A stretch of DNA of 64,000 nt. It comes from Rhodobacterales bacterium (GTDB lineage Bacteria; Pseudomonadota; Alphaproteobacteria; Rhodobacterales; Rhodobacteraceae). The translations under genes and the position numbers were made by a program. The DNA lies in NCBI GenBank assembly GCA_038257185.1, contig JBBSJO010000001.1, positions 10,665 to 74,664 of the forward strand, given 5' to 3'. Numbering within the stretch: position 1 is the stretch's first letter; each line of letters starts with the position of its first letter. Of the stretch, positions 56,141 through 64,000 are shown in pieces. The notes beneath the pieces were generated by a model, which searched no databases, was not told where the DNA came from, and saw only the letters and a list, made by a program, of their open reading frames with translations.

Positions 56141-56153
56141 TGCCGCCGGGGGA

Positions 56154-56573
56154 TCAAGCCGCAACCGGCACCATCGTACCCTGCAGGAGCGCGATCAGCG
56201 TTTGCTCGCCCGCCGCAACGGCGTGAACCTCTGCCGTCACGACGCATAGCCGCCGACCCGGTTTGATCACCCGCCCTGTTGCGATCAGGCGGTCGCCGCG
56301 TGCGGGGGCAAGCAGGTTCACCTTGATCTCGGCCGTCAACACATCCATGTCGGCCGCCAGCATGGTCAGGGCGGCATAGCCCGCAGCGGTGTCGCCCAGC
56401 GAGAAGGTCAGCCCCGCGTGCCCGAACCCCTGCTGCTGCCGCGCGCCGGGCAGGATCGGGGAGGTGATCACGACGCGTCCCTCCGCCACCTCGGAGAGTT
56501 CCGCGCCAAGGGTTTTCATCATGCTTTGCGCGGCAAAGCTGCGGTGGATGCGGTCCACCATCGTCTGGTCCAT
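56154..56573 (-). CDS. PaaI/hotdog-fold thioesterase
   Basis: QQGFGHAG, GDTAAGYAA, E.KVNLLAPA. Confidence 0.92.
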   Translation of the reverse strand: MDQTMVDRIHRSFAAQSMMKTLGAELSEVAEGRVVITSPILPGARQQQGFGHAGLTFSLGDTAAGYAALTMLAADMDVLTAEIKVNLLAPARGDRLIATGRVIKPGRRLCVVTAEVHAVAAGEQTLIALLQGTMVPVAA

Positions 56574-56582
56574 GAGAGTCTC

Positions 56583-57245
56583 CTACCTTGGCATTGGAAT
56601 GGCAACGGGCGCGGGTCCGGTGAGAATGGCGCAGGTCTCGGCCCGCATGAGACGGCAGAGCACCTCGGACTGGCTGCGCAGCCCTCCGGTATAGGTGCCG
56701 TAAGCGGGCAGGATCACGCGGTCACGATCAAAGAGAAACGCAGGCCGGGAGATGGATCGTCCACGTGCATGAACGCTGGCCTTGGGATGGTAGTGACCCG
56801 AGACCTCGCCCTGCGCGCCGGGCTGCGCCATATGGCGGAAGGTCAGCGGCGGAAAAGGCAGTTCGGCCAGATGGCTGCCGCCCAGGTCGATCGGGCCGGG
56901 ATCGTGGTTGCCTTCGATCCAGACCCATTGGCGTCCGGCCTGGAGGCGTGCGATCCAGAGACGTTCCGCCTCGGGCAGCGCCATCGCAGCGCCCAGGTCG
57001 TCGAAGCTGTCGCCCAGGCAGATTACTGTCCGTGGATCGGTGAGCGCGATGTCGGCGGCAAGCCGGGTGAGAGTATCCCGGGTGTCGTAGGGCGGCAGGG
57101 AGGCTCCGCCGCGACGGGCGATCCGTTCCGACTTGCCCAGATGCAGGTCGCTGACGCAGAGCAATCCCGCGTCAGGCCAGTAGAGAGCACCGGAGCCGAG
57201 GGCGGTCAGGCGCGCGCCAAAGAGGGTGAAGGGGCAGCCGTTCAT
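56583..57245 (-). CDS. pdeM: Ligase-associated DNA damage response endonuclease
   Basis: Metallophosphoesterase motifs DLHLGK, GDSFD, GNHD, GHYHP, PAYG..TGGL; downstream of the Lhr-like helicase. Confidence 0.92.
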   Translation of the reverse strand: MNGCPFTLFGARLTALGSGALYWPDAGLLCVSDLHLGKSERIARRGGASLPPYDTRDTLTRLAADIALTDPRTVICLGDSFDDLGAAMALPEAERLWIARLQAGRQWVWIEGNHDPGPIDLGGSHLAELPFPPLTFRHMAQPGAQGEVSGHYHPKASVHARGRSISRPAFLFDRDRVILPAYGTYTGGLRSQSEVLCRLMRAETCAILTGPAPVAIPMPR

Positions 57246-57254
57246 CCTTTGTTC
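57240..57254. promoter_or_regulatory. Alphaproteobacterial LexA (SOS) box over the pdeM start
   Basis: Exact GTTC-N7-GTTC (GAACaaaggATGAAC on the coding strand). Confidence 0.7.
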
Positions 57255-57319
57255 ATGTGTCAAAGCGGGTGATTTGGCAAGGGGTGCAAACCCCGGTCGT
57301 CGCGGGTGCGGTAGGGGTG

Positions 57320-57513
57320 GCGCAGCGGTATTTGAAAAAGGGTGAAGGAGAAGTTCACACTCTGTTAACCGGGTTCTGATCTTATCGAGGGGCGGTACAG
57401 GCTGTGGAGCCGATGACCGCAAAGGGTGAAGGCGCGCCTTATCCGCCGAGGTCAGGACCTCACTGAAGGCGCGTCTTCTTCTCTTTTTCACCCTTTTTCA
57501 AATACCGTTGCAC
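57320..57513. mobile_element. MITE-like element bounded by inverted copies D and E of the dispersed repeat
   Basis: Left GCGCAGCGGTATTTGAAAAAGGGTGAA versus right TTCACCCTTTTTCAAATACCGTTGCAC (2 mismatches in 27 bp); no ORF; internal partial copy AAAGGGTGAAGG at 57421. Confidence 0.6.
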
Positions 57514-57545
57514 TGGCCTCTCGGACCTTGGCCGGTCGAGAAGGC

Positions 57546-59999
57546 TCAGTACCCCACCCGCCAGCGTGGCTTGTTCGACGGGGCGGGCGCGATCTGAGCG
57601 AGACCGGACGTCTCCATCAGCCGCGCCGCTTCTGCTGCGAGGATGCGCTCCTCCGCCTCTCCCTTGACGGGCACACGGCCCATTTCGAGGAAGAGGGGGG
57701 CCGCCAGCGGCGTGACGCGGGTCAGGCGGCGGTGGTCGATGCGTCCGTCGATGCGGGCGATCATCTCCTCGATGCGGCCGAAGTCGACGAGGCCGCGCAG
57801 CGCCTCTTCGCGGGTGATCTGCAGCATCAGGTGGTCGGGTTCGTAGCGGTGCAGCGTGTCATAGAGGATGTCGGAGCTGAAGGTCGCCTGCCGCCCGGAC
57901 TTACGCGCGGAAGGCGTGTTGCGTTCGATCAGCCCCGCGATAGTGGCGGAGGCGCGAAAGGTGCGTTTCATCACCGCGTTGCCCGCAAGCCAGGTCTCCA
58001 GCCCGTCCTGCAGGGCGGTCAGATCGAAGAGCGGGGCGGGGTCTTCCACCGCGTCGAGGCCCCAGATCAACGTGGCGTAGTCGGTGGCGACGAAGCCCAT
58101 GGGGTGCAGGCCCAACTCCTCCATCCGTTTGGTCAGAAGCAGGCCCAACGTTTGCATCCCGTTGCGGCCCGCGAAGCCGTAGATGACGGTCTGTTCGCGG
58201 CCATCGTGGGGAAAGCTCTCGATCAGCAGGCGGCCCGGCTGCGGCAGTTGGCTGACCTCGCGTTGCAGGTGCAGCCACTGGGCGGTGTGGTACGGCAACT
58301 CCGGCCAGTCGTCCTGCGTGAACATCCGCTGGATGCGGGCGGAAAGCTGGGTGGATGTGGCGAACTTGGTGCCCATGAAGGTTGCGATCTTGGGCTTCTT
58401 GGCGGCGTCCCGGCTGACCTCCACTGTCATCTCGCGCAGGCCCTCGTATTTCACGATCTGCCCGCCGATCAGGAAGGTATCACCGGGAGTGAGGGTCGCG
58501 GCGAAGCCCTCCTCGATCTCACCCAGAGGCTTGCCGCCGCGATTGCGCCGCATGCGGACCTTGAGGGTATCGGTGTCCTGAATGGTGCCGATGTTCATGC
58601 GGATGCGCTGTGCCGCGCGCGGGTCGCGGAGTTGCCAGAGACCGTCGGGGCGTTGCAGCAGGCGCTGCCATCGGTCGTAGGCGCGCAGGGCGTAGCCGCC
58701 TGTGGCGCAGAAGGCGAGGCAGGCGTCGAAGTCGGGGCGTGATAGCGTGGCATAGGCCCCGGCGGAGATGACTTCGGCATAGAGCGCATCGGCGTCGAAG
58801 GGGCCGGCGCAGGCGGTGATGAGGATGTGCTGGCAGAGCACGTCGCGGGGACCGGGGCCGCGCGGGTCTCCGTCGAGTTCACCCGCGAGCACGGCTTCGA
58901 GGGCCGCCACACATTCGACGACTTCGAAACGGTTGGCGGGGACCAGCAGCGCCTTGGAGGGCGCGTTGTAGCGGTGGTTGGCGCGCCCGATGCGTTGCAC
59001 GAGGCGCTTGACGTTCTTCGGCGCGCCGATCTGGATCACGAGGTCTACGTCGCCCCAGTCGATCCCGAGATCGAGCGAGCCTGTGCAGACGATGGCGCGC
59101 AATTCGCCGCGCACCATCGCCCCCTCGACCCGTTCGCGCTGTGTGCGGTCGAGCGAGCCATGGTGGATGCCAATTGGCAGGTGATCCTCGTTGGCGAGCC
59201 AGAGGTTGTGGAAGAAGATCTCGGCCTGCGCGCGGGTGTTGTGAAAGATCAACGTGGTGTTGTGCTGGCGGACCTGTTCCAGCACGGCGTTTGTCGCATA
59301 GGCCGCCCCGCCGCCTGACCAGGGCGGCGCTTCCTCGGTGCGCAGCATCTGGATATCGGGGGCAGGTCCGGGATCGGCGAGCAGGATGTCGCAGGGGTCG
59401 GGGTGGCGGGCCATGAGGTGGGCGATTGCGGCCGGGTCCTCGACCGTGGCGGAAAGGCCGACGCGCTTGAGGTCGGGGCAGAGGGTCTGGAGACGGGCGA
59501 GGGCGAGCATCATCTGGTCGCCGCGCTTGGATTCCGCAAGCGCATGGATTTCGTCGATCACCACACGCTTGAGGCCGCGAAACATTTGGGCCGCGTCCGG
59601 GTAGCTGACCAGCAGGGCAAGGCTTTCGGGGGTCGTCAAAAAGATGTTCGGCGGGTCCGCGCGCTGCCGCTTGCGGCGGCTTTGTGGCGTGTCGCCGGTG
59701 CGCTCGTCTATGGTGATGGGCAGGTGCATTTCCTGCACCGGGGTCGTGAGGTTGCGTTTGATGTCGGCGGCGAGTGCCTTGAGTGGGGAGATGTAGAGCG
59801 TGTGCATCCCCTCATGTTGCCCTTCCGCGAGGTCTATCAGCGTGGGCAGGAAGCCCGAGAGCGTCTTGCCGCCCCCCGTGGGCGCGATGAGCAGGAGGGC
59901 GGGCGCGTCGGCGCGGTCCAGCATGGCCTGCTGGTGCGGGTGGATGAACCAGCCCTTGGCGGCGAACCAGTCGGTGAATTTGGGGGGCAGGGCGCGCAT
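57546..59999 (-). CDS. Ligase-associated DNA damage response DEXH-box (Lhr-like) helicase
   Basis: APTGGGKT, DEIH, SAT, HHGSL, QRIGRANH. Confidence 0.93.
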   Translation of the reverse strand: MRALPPKFTDWFAAKGWFIHPHQQAMLDRADAPALLLIAPTGGGKTLSGFLPTLIDLAEGQHEGMHTLYISPLKALAADIKRNLTTPVQEMHLPITIDERTGDTPQSRRKRQRADPPNIFLTTPESLALLVSYPDAAQMFRGLKRVVIDEIHALAESKRGDQMMLALARLQTLCPDLKRVGLSATVEDPAAIAHLMARHPDPCDILLADPGPAPDIQMLRTEEAPPWSGGGAAYATNAVLEQVRQHNTTLIFHNTRAQAEIFFHNLWLANEDHLPIGIHHGSLDRTQRERVEGAMVRGELRAIVCTGSLDLGIDWGDVDLVIQIGAPKNVKRLVQRIGRANHRYNAPSKALLVPANRFEVVECVAALEAVLAGELDGDPRGPGPRDVLCQHILITACAGPFDADALYAEVISAGAYATLSRPDFDACLAFCATGGYALRAYDRWQRLLQRPDGLWQLRDPRAAQRIRMNIGTIQDTDTLKVRMRRNRGGKPLGEIEEGFAATLTPGDTFLIGGQIVKYEGLREMTVEVSRDAAKKPKIATFMGTKFATSTQLSARIQRMFTQDDWPELPYHTAQWLHLQREVSQLPQPGRLLIESFPHDGREQTVIYGFAGRNGMQTLGLLLTKRMEELGLHPMGFVATDYATLIWGLDAVEDPAPLFDLTALQDGLETWLAGNAVMKRTFRASATIAGLIERNTPSARKSGRQATFSSDILYDTLHRYEPDHLMLQITREEALRGLVDFGRIEEMIARIDGRIDHRRLTRVTPLAAPLFLEMGRVPVKGEAEERILAAEAARLMETSGLAQIAPAPSNKPRWRVGY

Positions 60000-60038
60000 G
60001 GGCGTCAGATAGCACGGACGATCAGCAGGGCGAGTGCC

Positions 60039-60638
60039 TCAGCGCCGCGCGGATGCCCAGGGTCTTTTCGTGAGAACCGCCGCAAGCGATGCCAGCGCGA
60101 CCCCTGCACAAAGCACCACTTTCGACAGGGTCTCCATCGTGCCATCGATCAGCAAGGCGTGCAGGATTGTGCAAATGACGATGAGCACCGCAAGAAGACG
60201 GTGCGCGACGGTCCAGATATTTGGCCGCAGGCGCAGCGGACGGCGCAGCAAGGCAAGGATGGCCTTCAGGAAGAGCGCCCACATGCCGACCACCCCCCAA
60301 GGCGAAAAAGCCGTGGGCGAGGCGAATGTCAAAGCGTCGATAACGTCGGGCGGGCTGGTGATCCACAGCGTGGCGACATGAATCACCACGAGCAGCACCA
60401 ACAGCGCGCCGAGCCCCGCGTGCAACCGGCGCGCACCTCTCGTCCGAAGCCCGAGAAAACCGCCGGAAAGCAGTGGCTGGAACAGAAGGACGACGAAGCC
60501 CAGGACGCCCGCGAACCCGGCAGTGATGTAGATCGCATCGCGGTAGTTCAGCAGGGGACTGAACGCGGCAAGAGAAATCGCAGCGGCGGCCATGCCAAGC
60601 GCAATGATCCAGACAACCCAGGGAGCGGGACGTATCAC
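60039..60638 (-). CDS. Ferric-reductase/MsrQ-like transmembrane protein
   Basis: Five to six hydrophobic segments with four in-membrane His (RRLH, VIH, AHR, ILH); no FAD/NADPH domain. Confidence 0.8.
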   Translation of the reverse strand: MIRPAPWVVWIIALGMAAAAISLAAFSPLLNYRDAIYITAGFAGVLGFVVLLFQPLLSGGFLGLRTRGARRLHAGLGALLVLLVVIHVATLWITSPPDVIDALTFASPTAFSPWGVVGMWALFLKAILALLRRPLRLRPNIWTVAHRLLAVLIVICTILHALLIDGTMETLSKVVLCAGVALASLAAVLTKRPWASARR

Positions 60639-60653
60639 GGTTTGTCAGGTAGC

Positions 60654-61130
60654 TCAGGCGGGAACAACGACGAAATCGGCGTGGAGCGTGGTGACACCGG
60701 GATCGTCCATCACGGGGCGCAGGAAGACGGTTTGAAAACCTTCGTTCTCGTAGGCGAGGTGACCATGTGCCTGACCGAAGGCCGGCACGATCTGCGGCAT
60801 CTCGAGGCGAAATGCACCGTTGGTATCTGTCATGGTCGCACCGTGGCTCGCCGCGTCGCTTTCGTGACCTTCCGTCGTATGCGCCCAGATCTGCACGCGC
60901 TGTCTGGGCAGGGGTGCCCCATCGCTGGCGCGATGGACGGTCCCGGTCATCCAGAACCCGCCATTGCCGATCCTGTCGACGACGGGGGCGCCGGGCAGGT
61001 AATTGTTGGCACCGCCGCGCATCGTCGGCGTCGGGGAAAGGGCCTGCGCGCGCGCTGGAACGGCGGTGGTCACAAGCGCGGCGCTGCTTGCGGCAATCAG
61101 GGTGCGACGTGTCATCAGGGATGGGGGCAT
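60654..61130 (-). CDS. Tat-exported intradiol-dioxygenase-fold protein
   Basis: TRRTLI twin-arginine signal; G.V...DG.PL....VQIW and TD.NG.F.L pattern; HGH motif; RBS AAGGAG. Confidence 0.8.
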   Translation of the reverse strand: MPPSLMTRRTLIAASSAALVTTAVPARAQALSPTPTMRGGANNYLPGAPVVDRIGNGGFWMTGTVHRASDGAPLPRQRVQIWAHTTEGHESDAASHGATMTDTNGAFRLEMPQIVPAFGQAHGHLAYENEGFQTVFLRPVMDDPGVTTLHADFVVVPA

Positions 61131-61262
61131 CTGCTTGTCTCCTTCGGTCTGCGGTTAGGCTGTTTCCCGACCTGTTCCGAAAAAGATAGACGACATCGGA
61201 CATAGTTAAAGCCGCCGACCCGCAATCTCACGTTCTTATGACCTGATGGCGCGCGCGGCCGC

Positions 61263-62570
61263 CTACTTCACGATCACCTCGTCCTTGACGAACATGTTGG
61301 CCCAGGCGCGGTCGATGAGCGCCGGGGACATCTGATAGGGGATGCCCTCGAAATCGCAGATCGCGATCATCTGGTCGATCAGGAAGATCGGTTGGTAATT
61401 GGCGTAGATGTTGTCGATGGTCGGGTACTTCACCTTCAGCAGATGCACCAGCGATGCCTCGTCCAGCGCCATCTTGCGCTTGCGGGCGACCATGGCGAAG
61501 ATCTTGAGGAAGTTCTCCTGGTTGGGGCCGTCGATCTTGATCTTGAAGAAGATCCGGCGCAGGGCGGCCTGGTCGAAGATCTCGTTCGGGTGGAAGTTGG
61601 TGGAGAAGATCACCAGCGTGTCGAAGGGCACCTCGAACTTCTCGCCCGATTGCAGGGCGAGGATGTCCTTGCCCTCTTCCAGCGGCACGATCCAGCGGTT
61701 GACGATGGATTGCGGCGGTTCCTTCTGGCGGCCAAGGTCGTCGACGATGAAGATGCCGCCCGTGGATTTCAACTGTAAAGGGGCCTGGTAGGTCCGCGCG
61801 GTGGGGTTGTAGACCAGATCGAGCATGTCGACGGTCAGCTCGCCCCCCGTAATCACCGTGGGCCGCTCGCAGCAGACGTAGCGCGCGTCGTAACGGGTGA
61901 TGCGGCGCAGGGCGTTGGGGTTTTCCTGCTCCTCCTTGGCGAGCACATGCACGATCGGGTCGTAGAGCGTGATGACCTGAGAGGCATATTCGATGGCGCG
62001 GGGGACATAGACCTGATCGCCAAGGGCGTCGCGGATGCCGTTGGAGATCGAGGATTTGCCGTTGCCGGGTGGGCCGTACATCAGGATCGAGCGCCCGGCG
62101 GAGACCGCGGGGCCCAGGTGGTCGAGCAGGCTGTCGGGCAAGACGAGGTGGCCCATCGCGCCGGTCAGTTGGGACCGGGTGATCTGGATGTTGCGCACCG
62201 ATTGCCGCTGGACCTGCTCGCGGTAGACATCGAGCGGGACCGGCATTGCGCCGAAGTATTCCGACTGCGCCAGTGCGTCCAGCGCGCGGGCCTTGCCGAC
62301 ATCGGTGAGCTGATAACCCATCTCGTTGCCGTTATTGGCATTCAGCGTGCCCGTCGCCTCCAGCAGGCGCTGGGTGCGGGCCATGTCGACCAGTTCCTGC
62401 ACCACCGGGATCGGCAGGCAGACCGCCTTGGACAGGTCGCTGACTTGTTCGACGTTTTTGCGAAATATCGTTTTCAGCAGGATGTCCCGCATCATCACCA
62501 GAGGCAGTTTCATGTCCTCCAGCCGCTTGGGGGGCGGGGGGGCGACGACGGACGTGGCTTGCATGTTCAT
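61263..62570 (-). CDS. Uncharacterised AAA+ ATPase linked to the Tad locus
   Basis: Walker A GPPGNGKS, Walker B IVDDLG, FSTN sensor, AALRR arginine finger. Confidence 0.85.
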   Translation of the reverse strand: MNMQATSVVAPPPPKRLEDMKLPLVMMRDILLKTIFRKNVEQVSDLSKAVCLPIPVVQELVDMARTQRLLEATGTLNANNGNEMGYQLTDVGKARALDALAQSEYFGAMPVPLDVYREQVQRQSVRNIQITRSQLTGAMGHLVLPDSLLDHLGPAVSAGRSILMYGPPGNGKSSISNGIRDALGDQVYVPRAIEYASQVITLYDPIVHVLAKEEQENPNALRRITRYDARYVCCERPTVITGGELTVDMLDLVYNPTARTYQAPLQLKSTGGIFIVDDLGRQKEPPQSIVNRWIVPLEEGKDILALQSGEKFEVPFDTLVIFSTNFHPNEIFDQAALRRIFFKIKIDGPNQENFLKIFAMVARKRKMALDEASLVHLLKVKYPTIDNIYANYQPIFLIDQMIAICDFEGIPYQMSPALIDRAWANMFVKDEVIVK

Positions 62571-62648
62571 GGGGCAAATCCTTGAGCGGAAGGGCAGGTG
62601 CGGTTCAGAGTGCAGTATCGGCTCTGAAGATGGCGTGAATATGGAACG

Positions 62649-63143
62649 CTATGCGCCATATCGCGCCCCCAGGATGAGATAGATCGCCAGTGCGCTGCCA
62701 AGGGCGAGGCCCATGGGGAACTTCTTGCCCTGCTCCCAGCTGGTCCAATGCGGCGCAAGACGGCGCAGGGGGGTATGCTTGATGCCGCGGTGGGTGATGG
62801 CGGCGGCCAGCAGCGTCGCCATGAAGAGCGCGATCAGCAGGCGCAGGTCCCCGATTGCGATATAGGGGGCGGCGGCGGCGGCGAACTTGGCGTCCCCGGC
62901 CCCCAGCGCCCCCGCGACATTCAGGATCACCCCCACGGCCAGCACGATGACCAGCGCCAGCAGCCGCCAGAGGTAGGCGTTGAAGGGCATCAGGAAGAAA
63001 CCCAGCACGATAAAGACCAGCGCCAGCAGTATCACCGCCTGATTGGTGATGCGCATCTGCGCCATGTCGGTGAAGGCGACATAGAGGCAGATCGGGAGGA
63101 CGAAGGGCAGGAACCACAAGGCGGTCGTGGCGGAGATCGCCAT
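62649..63143 (-). CDS. cpaA: A24 prepilin peptidase (CpaA/TadV)
   Basis: AFTD.....ITN and LGAGDAKF catalytic Asp motifs, FPMGLAL. Confidence 0.88.
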   Translation of the reverse strand: MAISATTALWFLPFVLPICLYVAFTDMAQMRITNQAVILLALVFIVLGFFLMPFNAYLWRLLALVIVLAVGVILNVAGALGAGDAKFAAAAAPYIAIGDLRLLIALFMATLLAAAITHRGIKHTPLRRLAPHWTSWEQGKKFPMGLALGSALAIYLILGARYGA

Positions 63144-63147
63144 GGCC

Positions 63148-64000
63148 TCAGCCGCTGGCTTCGAGCGCGCGGAGCGACCGGACGGCGGCCTCGAAATGCT
63201 GCGGATGGGTGTCGATTGCCTCGCGCAGCAGGCCCTTGCCGGTCTCGACATCGCCCTGCTTGATCGCGCTCAGCGCCATGGTGTGCAGCAGTTGCGCCCG
63301 CTCCGTCTGATCCATCGGGATCACGGGGAGGGAATAGTCGCGCTGTGCGGCACGGGCCAGAACGAGGTTGTTCTTGGCGGTAAAGAGCGTGCTGTCCTGG
63401 CGGATCGCCTCGGCAAACAGGCGCTCGGCTTCCTTGTAGTCGCCGCGCGTCAGCTTGGAATAGCCCCAGTTGTTCATCACCGAAGCGGGCGTGGTGGTCA
63501 GGCCAACGGCGGTTTCATAGAAACTGTCGGCCTTCGTCCACTCCTGCTTGCTGTCGGCGACCATCGCCTCCAACCGGTAGCGTTTGAATGTCTCGTGCGT
63601 GGGGGGGACGCCGTGCAGGACCTTTTCGGCCCGAGCCCAGTCGCCTGCGCGGATCAGGACGTCGGCGTATTCCACGCTGTCGTCCGTGGTCGCAGCGGGC
63701 ATCTTGGTGACCTTTTCCCATTCGATGGAGCCTTCGGTCACGCGCTTGGCACGGACGAGGGAGGAGGCCAGACCGCGCTGGTGGTCGATGCGGGTCGGGT
63801 CCTGTGCCAGCGAGCGCGTGAAATAGCTCACGGCCTCATTTGGGTCGGCCACGGTCAGCATCACGTCGGAAAGGTTGCTTTCGTCGACGACGTTCACGTC
63901 CTTGAAGGCGCGCTCGACGGTCGCGTTTGCGTCTTTTTCACCGCAGCCTGCAACGGCGGTGACGCCTGCAATGCAGACGGCCAGAATCATGGGGTGGCGC
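63148..64000 (-). CDS. TPR lipoprotein (TadD/CpaO-like); start probably just beyond the window end
   Basis: Lipobox VAGC, TPR repeats, NNWGYS and A.NNLVL motifs; upstream of cpaA. Confidence 0.8.
   Translation of the reverse strand, partial: RHPMILAVCIAGVTAVAGCGEKDANATVERAFKDVNVVDESNLSDVMLTVADPNEAVSYFTRSLAQDPTRIDHQRGLASSLVRAKRVTEGSIEWEKVTKMPAATTDDSVEYADVLIRAGDWARAEKVLHGVPPTHETFKRYRLEAMVADSKQEWTKADSFYETAVGLTTTPASVMNNWGYSKLTRGDYKEAERLFAEAIRQDSTLFTAKNNLVLARAAQRDYSLPVIPMDQTERAQLLHTMALSAIKQGDVETGKGLLREAIDTHPQHFEAAVRSLRALEASG

Noticed and set aside
57219-57234. AAAGAGGGTGAAGGGG resembling the repeat core
   Set aside because: Lies in pdeM coding sequence (Pro-Phe-Thr-Leu-Phe) and lacks the AAATACC half. 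The same applies to the similar string at 58-71.

Overview
GC-rich alphaproteobacterial chromosome segment. Gene content and order point to the Rhodobacteraceae/Roseobacter group (inference). It is mostly core metabolism: yebC; betI-betC-betB-betA with a clear BetI operator; a propionyl-CoA assimilation region (PccR-type regulator, pccB, pccA, methylmalonyl-CoA mutase) interleaved with small unknown genes; djlA-like/nuclease genes; ppk1/ppx; hda; tlpA; argH-lysA-TIGR02302; a zinc-ribbon gene divergent from ftsEX; lpdA; a TRAP-matA-matB malonate operon; the four-gene ATP-grasp/alpha-E/transglutaminase/Anbu operon; lhr-pdeM; and the end of a Tad/Flp pilus cluster. I saw no rRNA, tRNA, CRISPR array, transposase or prophage. 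Beyond the ORF track, I found: (i) two unlisted micro-lipoprotein genes (15133-15279, 34096-34266), the second forming with its neighbour a pair whose C-termini look like outer-membrane-barrel beta-strands; (ii) a Tat-exported intradiol-dioxygenase-fold protein lacking both Tyr iron ligands, paired with a four-His MsrQ-like membrane protein; (iii) a 13-aa insertion in PccA that creates a motif resembling contractile-injection-system baseplate proteins; (iv) a ~30-bp dispersed intergenic repeat with five close copies, two of which bound a ~190-bp MITE-like element; (v) decayed nhaA and matR fragments, plus a possible NTF2-like fragment; (vi) candidate operators/promoters for BetI, PccR, MatR, PhoB, NtrC, LexA, CtrA, EcfG and RpoH. 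All family assignments come from motif recognition by eye, with no database search.
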